Made by a program: the position numbers and the translations under genes | The notes under the pieces: generated by a model | Told to the model about the DNA's origin: nothing | Database searches by the model: none | The model's input: only the letters and a program-made list of their open reading frames with translations | Source of the DNA: Nitrospirota bacterium | GTDB taxonomy: Bacteria; Nitrospirota; UBA9217 | DNA length: 64,000 nt | Direction: 5' to 3' | Assembly: GCA_963749655.1 (NCBI GenBank) | Contig: CAVVOB010000030.1 | Coordinates: forward strand, 128,001 to 192,000 | Shown: in pieces, positions 26,135 through 36,022 of the stretch | Position numbering within the stretch: the first letter of the stretch is position 1 | How the letters are laid out: every line of letters begins with the position of its first letter

Positions 26135-27689
26135 CTACCGGATGTCCGGCACCGGGAAGATGATCCCGCCGAACAGCAGGTACGCCAGGATGAGCGTCCA
26201 GACGACATTGAACGCCTGCGCCGCGATGAACGCTATGGCAGGGCGGCCGCCTTCCATCTTTGCCATGTCGAGGAAGCGGGTCTCGAGGCCGATGGATACG
26301 AAGGCCAGGGCGAACCACCAGGTCCGGAGCTCGGAGAGCGCCTTCTTCGTGCCGTCCACCGTGTCCAGAGACAGGACAAAGGAGAAGAAGACCGAAGCGA
26401 CGATAAAGCCGAGCACGAACTTCGGGAAGCGGTCCCAGATGACGCGGGCTGTGGGACGCTGGCCCGCGGCAGCGCCTGCCTTGAAGGTCCACCAGATCGA
26501 GAGCATGAAGGCCGCGACGCCGATCAGCGCGTTCTGGGAGAACTTGACGATGACGCCGGTCTTCATGGCGGCCTCGCTGATGAGCGCGCCGGCCGCAACG
26601 ACCGAGCCGCTCGTGTCGAGCGTGCCGCCGAGCCACGCGCCGCCCACGATCTCGGGAATGCCGAACGCCTTCACGGCCCAGGGCATGAGGACCATCATGG
26701 GCACGGCGACGATCAGGACGAGCGAGGTCACATAGGACAGCTTCTTCTTGTCCCCTTCGATCGCGCCGCAGGTGGCGATGGCCGCGGATACGCCGCAGAT
26801 CGAGACTGCGCTCGACAGCATGACCGCGAACTCGTCGTCCACTTTCAGCTTTCTCGAAAGCCAGAAGCAGCTGTACCATACCACGAAGATGACGAGGACG
26901 GCCTGGATGATGCCGAGCGCCCCCGCCTGCACAATCTCGAAGAACAGGAGACCCGCGCCCAGGACCACGAGGCCGGTCTTGATGTAGTACTCGGTCTGGA
27001 CCGCTTCTCTCAGCCAGCCGGGGAGCTCCATGGTGTTGCTGACTGCGAGGCCCGACGATCAGCGCGAAGATGACGTACTCGATGCCCCAGTCGGACGGCA
27101 GGGCGTTGCCGGCGAGGAACCGCGACAGCCAGGCAAGGGCAAAGACGATCGGGAAGCCGATAATGAATTTCCGGATGTCCTTGCCGAGGAGAACGATGCC
27201 CACAGATGAGATGATCAGGAACACGACGGCGATCTTCACGACCGCGATGATGTTGGCCTGCGTGAACACCTTATCTGCAGTGGCCTTGGTGCGGGAGGCG
27301 ATCTCCTTGCCGACCTCGCCGGGGATGCCGCCGATGCCTTCCACTTTGCCCGCGGCCTTCAGAATTTCCTGGCGATCGCCTTTCGTGAGCGCCTCTTGCA
27401 GCGCCTTGAGGCGGGCAACGGTGCCCGCTTCGCCCTTTGTCTCTGCTTCCTTGATGCGCGGCTCCACCGCGCCCTTCCATTTGTCGAGCCGGGAGGCGAC
27501 CTGACTGTCGGTCGTCCACTTGAAATTCGTCGTTACTGCCGAAAGGCTGAACAGCTTGAATTGAAATGCCGCGATGATCGCACAGATGATGAAGAAGCCG
27601 AGCCATACAGCAAGCCAGTCTTCGTTTTTCCAGAGGGAGGAAATACCCTCCTTCGGCGGAACGTCACAGACTTTTTTTTCTTCTGCCAT
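26135..27689 (-). CDS. YeiH/putative sulfate exporter family transporter (+1 frameshift at ~27050, probably a sequence error)
   Basis: EDWLAVW N-half and TEYYIKTG/SICGVSAAIA/WDRFPKFVLG C-half join if one G is removed from GTCGGGCCTC. Confidence 0.85.
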
Positions 27690-28017
27690 GCGTAGCCCTC
27701 CTTGGTCTTTAATCAGCTCATGCAGTACTGCACAAACAGTAAATCGAGACTTCGGTCAACCGGCAGTTCGTAACCCTCCCCTCCCTTCTGTAAGAATTAC
27801 AGGCGAAGCCGTGAAACCTTGCGGCTCATTCGTAAGAAAGTTAAAGAGCGGTAAACGTCGTTTAAGGCAGAGAGAGTAATAAAAAGAATTATGAAAGGTA
27901 CAGCTGATAGCTGTTTCAGGATGAAACGTATTTCGACATTATTTACGAATCGAAGAAGAGATGTCAGGATGGATTTGCTTTAATTTCAGCGTATTATGTT
28001 CTGACCAGAATGCATTG

Positions 28018-30693
28018 TCAAGCAATTTTTTGTCTTCTCTTGACAAGCTTTTCTATCTCAACGGCAGTAAAAACCACGGCGGAAAGGGCAAGGACGATCG
28101 ATAACTCTGTGATGGAGAGGGGCTGTGTTTTGAACAAAGAATGGAGGGGAGGAACGTAGACGGTGGCCAGCTGGAGACCTACGGTGATGACTACGGTAAG
28201 GAAAAGCGGTTTGTTCGACATGACTCCCCGGGTAAAGAGCGATTCACGCTCCGAGCGGATTGCCAGTACATGGCCCAGCTGGGTAAGGCACAGGACGGTG
28301 AAGACCATGGTCTGCCAATGCGCGTCGCCGACATGAATGGCCCAGGCCTGGAGCGACAGCGTGACCGCTCCCATGAGCAGGCCGACCCAGATTGCGTGGA
28401 CGCCCAGTCCGCGGGCAAAGAGGCTCTCCCGGGGACTGCGCGGCGGCCTCTGCATGACGTTTCCTTCCTGCGGCTCCAGGGAAAGCGCCAGGGCCGGCAG
28501 GCCGTCGGTCACCAGGTTGATCCAGAGGATGTGGATCGGCTGCAGCGGAATCGGTAAACCAAGGAAGGGAGCGAGAAAGAGGGTCCAGATCTCACCTGAG
28601 TTGGTCGTGAGCAGGTACTTGATGAACTTCCTGATGTTGTCGTAGATCTTTCGGCCTTCCTGGACCGCGCGGACGATGGTGGCGAAGTTGTCGTCGAGCA
28701 GGATCATGGACGAGGCTTCTTTCGCTACATCGGTGCCGGTGATGCCCATGGAAACGCCGATGTCGGCGCGCTTGAGCGCCGGTGCGTCGTTCACGCCGTC
28801 GCCGGTCATGGCTACGAAGTGGCCCTTGTTCTGGAGCGCCTTGACGATGGTGAGCTTCTGTTCGGGGGCGACGCGGGCATAGACCCGGATATGCTCGACG
28901 CGCTTTTCGAATTCTTCCAGGGAGAGTGCCCCGAGTTCAGTGCCGGTGATGATCGCGTCAGGATCGTCGCTCTCCAGAATGCCGACCCGCTTCGCAATGG
29001 TCCGCGCGGTCAAGGGATGGTCGCCGGTGATCATGACCGGGATGATCCCGGCGCTTTTGCAGAGGGCCACCGACCGCCCCGCTTCCTCCCGGGGCGGATC
29101 CATCATCCCGGTGAGACCCAGAAGGATGAGATCATGCTCAACGGCCTCTGCTGAAAGATCGTGCGGCTCCGAGTCCCAGGACCGCATAGCGACGGCCATG
29201 ACGCGGAGACCTGCTGCGGCCATGGCATCACTCTCTCGTGCGACCGCATTCCTGTCCAGCGGTCCGATCCCCGTGCCCGTCAACACCGTTGTTGCCTGTT
29301 CGAGCAGCACTTCCGCGGCTCCTTTGGTGAACGAGATGAAGCCACTCTCTTTTTCCGGCATTTTGTGTATCGTGGTCATGAGCTTCCTGTCCGAGTCAAA
29401 GGGCAGCTCCGCCACACGCGGGTAAAGAGCTTCGAGCTCGTCTTTTTTGAAACCGCGGTCTTTCGCAGCAACGTAAAGCGCCGCTTCGGTGGGATCGCCG
29501 ATAATCGCATCCCCGGGACCGGTCCGCGCGTCGTTCGAGAGGGCGAGGGCGGTGAGGAACAGCGAGTGCGGAGTGCGGAATGCGGAATGCGGAATAAAGT
29601 CTTCTCCTTTCTAGGAGGGTTGTACACTCCGCATTCCGCACTCCGCATTCCGAATTGTTTTGCCGTCCACCCACACCTGCTCCACCGTCATCCGGTTCTC
29701 GGTGAGCGTGCCGGTCTTGTCCGTGCAGATATAGGTGACCGAGCCCAGGGTCTCGACCGCGGGGAGCTTGCGGATGAGGGCGTTTCGCTTCACCATCTGC
29801 CGCGCGCCCAGGGCAAGGGCGATGGTTACGACTGCGGGAAGGGCCTCGGGAATGGCGGCAACGGCAAGGCTGACGGCCACGAGAAACATCCGGACCGGCT
29901 CCTCTCCCCGCAGGAGACCGGCGATGAAAATGACGGCGCAGATCGCCAGGACGGCAATTGCGAGTTTTCTGCCGAAAGCGGCAAGCCGCTTCTGGAGCGG
30001 AGTCTTCCCCTCCTCTTCCTCCTGGATCAGGGACGCGATCCTGCCGAGTTCCGTGTTCATGCCCGTTGCTGCGACGACGCCGAGGCCCCGGCCGTAGGTT
30101 ACGATCGTCCCCTTGTAGGCCATGTTCCTCCGGTCTCCCAGCGGGAGCGTCTCCGCTTCGAGCCGTTCCGTCGATTTTTCCACGGCAAGAGATTCGCCGG
30201 TCAGCGCGGCCTCTTCGATCCTGAGCTGCGCCGTCTCGATCATCCGCATGTCCGCAGGAACGATCCTGCCGGCTTCGAGCACCGCGATATCTCCGGGCAC
30301 CAGTTCCGTTGCTGCGATGGTCTGGTGCTCGCCCCCGCGGATGACAACGGCAAGGGAGGCCGCCATTTTCCTGAGCGCCTCTATGGCCTTTTCTGCGCGG
30401 TATTCCTGGCTGAAGCCGAGCGCGGCGTTGAGCACCACGATCACGACGATCGCCGCGGTGTCCTCGGGCTCGCCGATGATCCCGGAGATCGCCGCCGCCG
30501 CGATCAGCACCAGGATCATGAAGTCCCTGAACTGGTCGAGGAACATCATGAATGCGGTCTTCTTCGCCTTTTCAGCGAGCTCATTCGGGCCGTAGTGTTG
30601 AAGCCGTTTTTGCGCCTCTTCCGCCTGAAGACCCGTCCGGAGCGTCTTCATTTCAGCGAGGGCCTCGTGGACCTGTAGTTGATGCGGTTTCAT
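28018..30693 (-). CDS. Type IIA Ca2+/Mn2+ P-type ATPase interrupted by one in-frame TAG (29611-29613)
   Basis: [38 protein letters not shown] all in one frame. Confidence 0.88.
29563..29656. repeat. Heptamer palindrome (GARTGCG)4...(CAYTCCG)4 inside the ATPase CDS
   Basis: gagtgcg gagtgcg gaatgcg gaatgcg / cactccg cattccg cactccg cattccg; inner hairpin CTCCT-N4-AGGAG. Confidence 0.9.
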
Positions 30694-30716
30694 CCTGTCC
30701 TCGATCAGTCGGCGGC

Positions 30717-30910
30717 GATCCCGCGACTTAACATCCCCCGGCTCCTGCCGGGGGTGGAAAGCGCTCACTCGCGCGTGGCTCAAAGCCACGCAGCGCGAGT
30801 TCGCAGTCCCACCTGGCACTCCGTGCATCCGCACTCGTAAACGCCGGGTGCAGGCGGGAGGTCGCGTCAATTTTAGTCCCGACAAGTCGGGATGCCGGAG
30901 GGGATTCACT
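30717..30910. repeat. Structured repeat element, copy B, between riboswitch and ATPase start
   Basis: Shares catcccccggctcctgccgggggtggaa and gagttcgcagtyccacctggcactccgtgcat with copy A. Confidence 0.85.
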
Positions 30911-30928
30911 GAAAGATTTTTCAGGAGC

Positions 30929-30982
30929 AAAAAAAAACCTTTGCCTGCTGAATTATCCGTCGATATTCATACAGGTAAAGGT
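30929..30982 (-). terminator. Riboswitch expression-platform terminator
   Basis: ACCTTTACCTG...CAGGCAAAGG followed by a T-run on the minus strand, overlapping the aptamer 3' end. Confidence 0.75.
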
Positions 30983-31070
30983 CTCGCTAATCAGGGTCTC
31001 CTGACCAGGGGCGCCGGCTCCGCTGCGCGGAACGTGCTGACGACGCCCTTGTTTCAGCTACTCCCCCTTA
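30976..31070 (-). ncRNA. yybP-ykoY (Mn2+) riboswitch
   Basis: AAGGGGGAGTAGC...CGTCGTCAGCACG...CCGGC...TAGCGAGACCTTT; upstream of a P-type ATPase, the classic context. Confidence 0.88.
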
Positions 31071-31216
31071 CTCCTGAGACAAGCCTATCAAACATAAGAC
31101 TCGCTTGTCAAGACCTGTTTGAACGCACGGGGAATGAGGCCGGACTTTCATATCTGATATACTGATAGAATGCATGGTTTACCGCCCCCATCGCCTCCAG
31201 AGGGGCCGACGTTCCT

Positions 31217-31564
31217 ATGATGAAGACGATTATTTTTTTACTGGTGTTCTTTCCAGCGCTCTTCGCCTGCGTTCCGGTGGTCCAGGGGCCGGAGGTCCTC
31301 GATAGGGGGGTCCGGTTCTCCTACCGCGACCCTGCAGCGACGAGCGTGGCGATAGCCGGCGACTTCAATCACTGGGACCCCGGCAAAACATTCCTGCTCG
31401 GACCGGCGAACCGGGGCCGCTGGAGCATAACATTGCCGCTTGCCGACGGCCGCTACGAGTATCGCTTTGTCGTGAACAACGGGGAATGGGTCCTGGACCC
31501 GGCAGCGCCCTCTGTCGATGACGGCCTGGGCGGGAGGAACTCGGTGGTTGTCGTGACGCATTAG
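31217..31564 (+). CDS. Lipoprotein with glycogen-binding (CBM48/AMPK-like) domain
   Basis: Lipobox-like LFAC; VAIAGDFNHW, GRYEYRFVVN..W..DP, DDGLGGRNS. Confidence 0.85.
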   Translation: MMKTIIFLLVFFPALFACVPVVQGPEVLDRGVRFSYRDPAATSVAIAGDFNHWDPGKTFLLGPANRGRWSITLPLADGRYEYRFVVNNGEWVLDPAAPSVDDGLGGRNSVVVVTH

Positions 31565-31633
31565 CGGCGTGAGTTGGAAATTCGGATTGGAATTGCGGAT
31601 GCGGAAAAACAACGAAACACAGCGGTGTTCGCC

Positions 31634-31660
31634 TGTAACCTTTTCTCGTTTCAGTCGTCT
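31634..31660 (+). promoter_or_regulatory. Candidate ECF-type promoter for the sigma gene
   Basis: TGTAACC-N15-CGTCT immediately upstream of the ECF gene. Confidence 0.5.
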
Positions 31661-31673
31661 TATGAGTACGATC

Positions 31674-32237
31674 ATGATTACTGACCAGCAACCAGATGAC
31701 GAGGCGATCATTAAACAGTGCCTGGCGGGAAATCGCGAGGCCTATTCCGGACTCGTGGAGCGGTATAAGACAATGGTATATACCATCGCCTACCGGATGA
31801 CGGGAGACGGCGATATTGCCAAGGACCTTGCCCAGGACAGCTTTATCGCGGCTTATTCCGGCCTTGACCGGTTCAGGTTCGGATCGAAGTTTTCCTCATG
31901 GCTGTACAGCATCGCGCTGAACAAGTGCCGTGACCACCTGCGTCAGACCAGGGAAACCGTATCGACCGATGATATCGTTGCTGTGCGGCCCGACGGAAAA
32001 GCGTCGCCGGAGCAGTCGGTTGCGACAGCGCAAAATCGCGACCTGCTCCAGCAGGCGCTGAACGGGCTTCCGCCAGATTACCGCGAGGTGCTCATCCTGA
32101 AACATATCGAGGAGCTCGATTACCAGGAAATAGCGGCGATTACTGGAGCGGGCATCGCGGCGCTCAAAGTGAGGGCGCACCGGGGGCGCGAGATGCTCCG
32201 GAAAGTGCTGGAAGATGCGGGGGTGACCCATGGATAA
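31674..32237 (+). CDS. ECF RNA polymerase sigma factor
   Basis: AKDLAQDSFI, FSSWLYSIALNKCRD, LDYQEIA, VRAHRGREML. Confidence 0.92.
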   Translation: MITDQQPDDEAIIKQCLAGNREAYSGLVERYKTMVYTIAYRMTGDGDIAKDLAQDSFIAAYSGLDRFRFGSKFSSWLYSIALNKCRDHLRQTRETVSTDDIVAVRPDGKASPEQSVATAQNRDLLQQALNGLPPDYREVLILKHIEELDYQEIAAITGAGIAALKVRAHRGREMLRKVLEDAGVTHG

Positions 32238-32877
32238 GGACAGGGAGATTCTTCAGAAGATCATCGACAAAGAAGCCGATGAAAAAGAACGTGAGGAAGC
32301 GGCGGCCCGCATGAAGACCGACCCCCTTTTTCAGGAGGAGCTGGCGGGCCTTACAAACGCCGTGCAGATGCTGCGGGACCACGGCCCGCAGGAAGCGCCG
32401 GCGATGTTCACCGCCGAGGTCATGCGAAAGCTGCCTCTGAAATCGAAGGCGCCTTCGCTGTCCGAGCGGATCAGGGAATTCCTCCTTGCCGGACGGGTGC
32501 TCCGCTGGAACATGGCCACGGCAATGGCAGCTGCGGCGGTTCTGATTCTTGCGACTGTTGTCGCCGTTCCCCGCTTCTATCGGGGAACAACGATGAACGG
32601 AGGCCCGGCTGAGTCGGTTGTCACCGTCCGCCTCACCTTCCGGGCGCCCCAGGCGCAGCGCGTGGCGGTCGCGGGCGACTTCAACAAGTGGCGGACCAAT
32701 GCCGACGAGATGAAGAAGGTCGGCGGCGAATGGAGCATCGATCTCAAGCTGAAACCGGGCGAATATTCGTACAGTTTCATTGTCGACGGGAAGTCGTGGG
32801 TCCCGGACCCCGGCGCGGAGATGTACCGGGACGACGGCTACGGCTCAAGAAACGCGGTTCTGAGGGTAAACATATGA
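32230..32877 (+). CDS. Anti-sigma-like membrane protein with C-terminal CBM48/glycogen-binding domain
   Basis: Overlaps sigma stop; one TM; VAVAGDFNKW, GEYSYSFIVDG, DDGYGSRNA. Confidence 0.82.
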   Translation: MDKDREILQKIIDKEADEKEREEAAARMKTDPLFQEELAGLTNAVQMLRDHGPQEAPAMFTAEVMRKLPLKSKAPSLSERIREFLLAGRVLRWNMATAMAAAAVLILATVVAVPRFYRGTTMNGGPAESVVTVRLTFRAPQAQRVAVAGDFNKWRTNADEMKKVGGEWSIDLKLKPGEYSYSFIVDGKSWVPDPGAEMYRDDGYGSRNAVLRVNI

Positions 32878-33769
32878 AGAAGACAGCCTGCTTTCTGACA
32901 TCGACAGGTGTGCTGCTCCTGCTGCTCCTGTGCGGTCCGACGCCGGTCATTGCGGCCGAGGACAGGCATTCCGAAGCCATCGACCGGGCGCTCAAGGCAT
33001 CGCAGCTTTCGAAAACGGAACAGGCCGACGTGCACACGAAAGCCGAGGCAACGATCAGCGCCGGGGTCCCGGCTGAGGACGTGGAGATCATCGTGACGCG
33101 GGCAACAGGTCGCGGTCTGGATGCAGGTTCGATCACCCGGTTGCTTGATATCGGCGCGTCGGCAAAAAGGGAAGGGCTTCCTGCCGGCCCTGTGCTGGAC
33201 CGCATCGAGCAGGGTTTGTCGAAGGCCGTCCCGGCAGAGCGTATCCAGGCGGCATCGGACAGGCTGGTGCAGAAACTTCAAGAGGCCAAACCCGCGCGTG
33301 GACGGGCTGATCCGGGCCGGTGCGAAGGCCGGGAAGCAGCGCAGAACGGGAGGCAGCCGTCACGTCTGCGGCCAGAGCGCTCGAACAAAACATGACCAAA
33401 CATGACATCGAGAGCGTGGGCGCGGCCGTGCTGGGAAAGAAAGGATCGCTCGCGGTCTTTACCGGAGTCGTTGATACCGCGGCCTATTTCACGGGGGCCG
33501 GCATGTCTTCCGGTACAGCGGCTCATCTCGTGGCAAATGCGGTACAGAAGGGCTACTCCAAGCGGGACCTGGACTCCCTGGTAAAACGGATGGACAGTGA
33601 GATGAAGCGCGGCTCCAGGGCCGACGATGTCGCAGCGAAGATGGAACGGGAAGGCATGCAGGCCGAACGGGACATGGATCGCCAGGAAATGCAGCAGGAG
33701 ATGAAAGGCGGTCATGGACCGGGAGGCGGCGGCTCAGGCATGGGCGGTATGGGCGGGCCCAGGCGCTAG
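32874..33769 (+). CDS. Secreted helical-repeat protein with Gly/Met-rich tail (two +1 frameshifts at ~33290 and ~33330)
   Basis: Signal peptide; three ORF pieces join across C and G runs; ends GGMGGPRR. Confidence 0.65.
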
Positions 33770-33929
33770 CTCCGGCAGCAAACTGTTCCGGCATCACAGA
33801 TAACAGGTCGAACATGTCAAGGCGGTGCAAGAGTACTCTCCTCGGCCGAGGGACCGCCATGAACATGCCGCCTGGCTGCAGACAGTCGGAGCAGAGCATA
33901 CTACACACCACGAAAAGGAGAAACTAACC

Positions 33930-34312
33930 ATGTTTACGAAACATTTATCCATACCGATCGCTGCAGGCATCCTGCTTCTCGGGATCGCAGCGGGCGCACA
34001 GGCTGAAGAGCAGGGAACGACCGTCAGGTCGCAGGAGCAGGTGCAAGGACCACGGAGCAAAGCCGGGTCCAACCCAATGCAGGCATGATGGCGAAAAACG
34101 AGGCCGGCGATCAGACCATGACGCAGGACCGGACGCAGACACAGGACCGGCTGAAGGACGGGACCGGCGACCAGACGGCGGACCGGCTTCAGAACCATGA
34201 TCAGGTCCGCGATCAACTCTATGACCAGAGCCATGACATGCTCCGCGATCACCAGGGAAGCGGTTCCGGAGGAATGGGCGGCGGAAGTGGAATGGGCGGG
34301 CAGCGGAGATAG
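33930..34312 (+). CDS. Secreted QDR-repeat protein with Gly/Met tail (frameshift near 34050)
   Basis: AAGGAG RBS, signal peptide, QDRTQTQDRLKDG, GGMGGGSGMGG. Confidence 0.6.
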
Positions 34313-34388
34313 TAGGAGATGTCGGCCGGAGCATCTGCGATCTGATGCTCCGGCATTGTTAACGGACGCAAAGAAGGAGGCGATTTCA

Positions 34389-34967
34389 ATGAAACGGTTC
34401 ATAAATGTCATCATGAGTGTTCTCGTATTATTCTTTGCCGTGACGACTGCGGTATGGGCGGCGGAGACAAAAGAAGAAACAACGCTCAGGAAGGAAGCAG
34501 CGGCAATCAGCAAGACAGCAAACAGCAGCCAGGGCGAGAAGATCGTGACTGCGCGGCTTGATAAGGAATTCAACGTGACTGATGCGCAGATCCAGGCCTT
34601 GCGCGACAAGAAGCTCGGATACGGCGAGATCGCCATCGTATATTCGCTGGCCCAGAAGATGCCGGGCGGCATCACCGATGCGAATATCAGCGAGGTCATG
34701 ACTATGCGGCAGGGACCGCCCGTCATGGGCTGGGGTCAGATCGCCAACAAGCTCGGCACGAAACTCGGCCCCGCTGTCTCTCAGGTAAAGAATGTGAACA
34801 GGGAAACCAGCAGGGAGATGCATCGGGAGGCCAAGGGAGGCGGCAGCGGTTCGGGCGCGATGGAGCAGAGTCAGGAGCGCGACATGGATCGGCATGGCGA
34901 GATGGGAGGCCATGGCGGAAGCGGCGCGGGAGGATCGGGCTCCTCTCATGGAAAGAGCGCAAAGTGA
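34389..34967 (+). CDS. Secreted hypothetical protein with His/Gly/Met-rich tail
   Basis: AAGGAGG RBS; LGYGEIAI, MGWGQIANKLG. Confidence 0.75.
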   Translation: MKRFINVIMSVLVLFFAVTTAVWAAETKEETTLRKEAAAISKTANSSQGEKIVTARLDKEFNVTDAQIQALRDKKLGYGEIAIVYSLAQKMPGGITDANISEVMTMRQGPPVMGWGQIANKLGTKLGPAVSQVKNVNRETSREMHREAKGGGSGSGAMEQSQERDMDRHGEMGGHGGSGAGGSGSSHGKSAK

Positions 34968-34989
34968 TTATCGTATGACCTGAATGAGC

Positions 34990-35046
34990 GGACCGTTCCT
35001 CTTCTCCGGGAGATGCTATCCTGAAGAAAGAGGGGCGGTCCTTTTT
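34990..35046 (+). terminator. Intrinsic terminator-like hairpin
   Basis: GGACCGTTCCTCTT...AAGAGGGGCGGTCC followed by TTTTT. Confidence 0.55.
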
Positions 35047-35081
35047 GTATCCAAAAACTCTTCTGAAACGGGGCAACTCTC

Positions 35082-35999
35082 ATGAAAACAACACAGGCAA
35101 AAAATTTATCGCGTCATATTATTCTGTCCGGCATGGTGCTCATCGGCGCAGTTCTTCTCTGTTCCATCTCTCCTGCAAAAGCCTTCGCCGGTCTGATCCT
35201 CGATGCGGAGCTCCGGTTTACTTACGAGGACAACGTCGTCGGTCTGCTGTCAGACCAGCAGCGAGGGCAGAGCGCTTCATCAGGCTCGGGGATGCCTGTT
35301 CAGAACAAGGCGTCCAGCATGGGCCGTGGACCGAATATGGGGAACGGGTACCCTTCGTCGGCTCCAGGCTCGACAGCGTCGACTGCGGATTTTTATACTA
35401 CGCTTTCCGCCGAGGCAGGCGCCTACACGGATTTAGGAACGGAAATGTCGGTTTATGCAAAGGGATTCGCTAACCATTCCTCATACGACAGCAATACCTA
35501 CCTTGATGCCACGATCTACGGCGCGAGCACGGGCGCTGTCGTGAGTCTGGGCAACGGGGTGACCGCTCTCGCTTCGGTACTCGGCAAGATCAAGGAATTT
35601 GACGACAGCCAGCGAAACAGCACGGCCTACGGGGGGACGCTCAGCCTGAAGGAAAAGATCACGGGGGATTATTGGCTCCGCCAGTTCGGCGAATACGAAT
35701 TGAACAGCGCCAGTTCAAACTCGTTCTCGTATACGGGAACGAAGATAGGCGTCAGTGCAGGCCATGATTTTACGAAGGCAACCTCGGCTGCGATCGGATA
35801 CAGCTATCTTGTCCAGAAATACGACGAGCCGGCCGGCACTGTGTGGAGGACCCATACCGGGTTCGTGAGCGCGGAGCAGAAATTCGGGAAATCGTGGTCA
35901 GTAGGGGCGGAATACGATCTTCAGTTGAGCAGGGACAATATGACGAACGCTGGCATCACGGACAACATTTTCTCGCTGGCACTTCGGTACAGCTACTGA
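35082..35999 (+). CDS. Outer-membrane beta-barrel protein
   Basis: Signal peptide, alternating aromatic strands, C-terminal LALRYSY. Confidence 0.7.
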   Translation: MKTTQAKNLSRHIILSGMVLIGAVLLCSISPAKAFAGLILDAELRFTYEDNVVGLLSDQQRGQSASSGSGMPVQNKASSMGRGPNMGNGYPSSAPGSTASTADFYTTLSAEAGAYTDLGTEMSVYAKGFANHSSYDSNTYLDATIYGASTGAVVSLGNGVTALASVLGKIKEFDDSQRNSTAYGGTLSLKEKITGDYWLRQFGEYELNSASSNSFSYTGTKIGVSAGHDFTKATSAAIGYSYLVQKYDEPAGTVWRTHTGFVSAEQKFGKSWSVGAEYDLQLSRDNMTNAGITDNIFSLALRYSY

Positions 36000-36022
36000 T
36001 GCGGCAAGCACTCGTACCAGGC

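Noticed and set aside
9127-29613. Pyrrolysine or genome-wide TAG recoding, suggested by two in-frame TAGs
   Set aside because: Many intact genes here end in TAG (dinB, RM, rsmA), no pyl genes are in view, and the 9127 ORF looks decayed.
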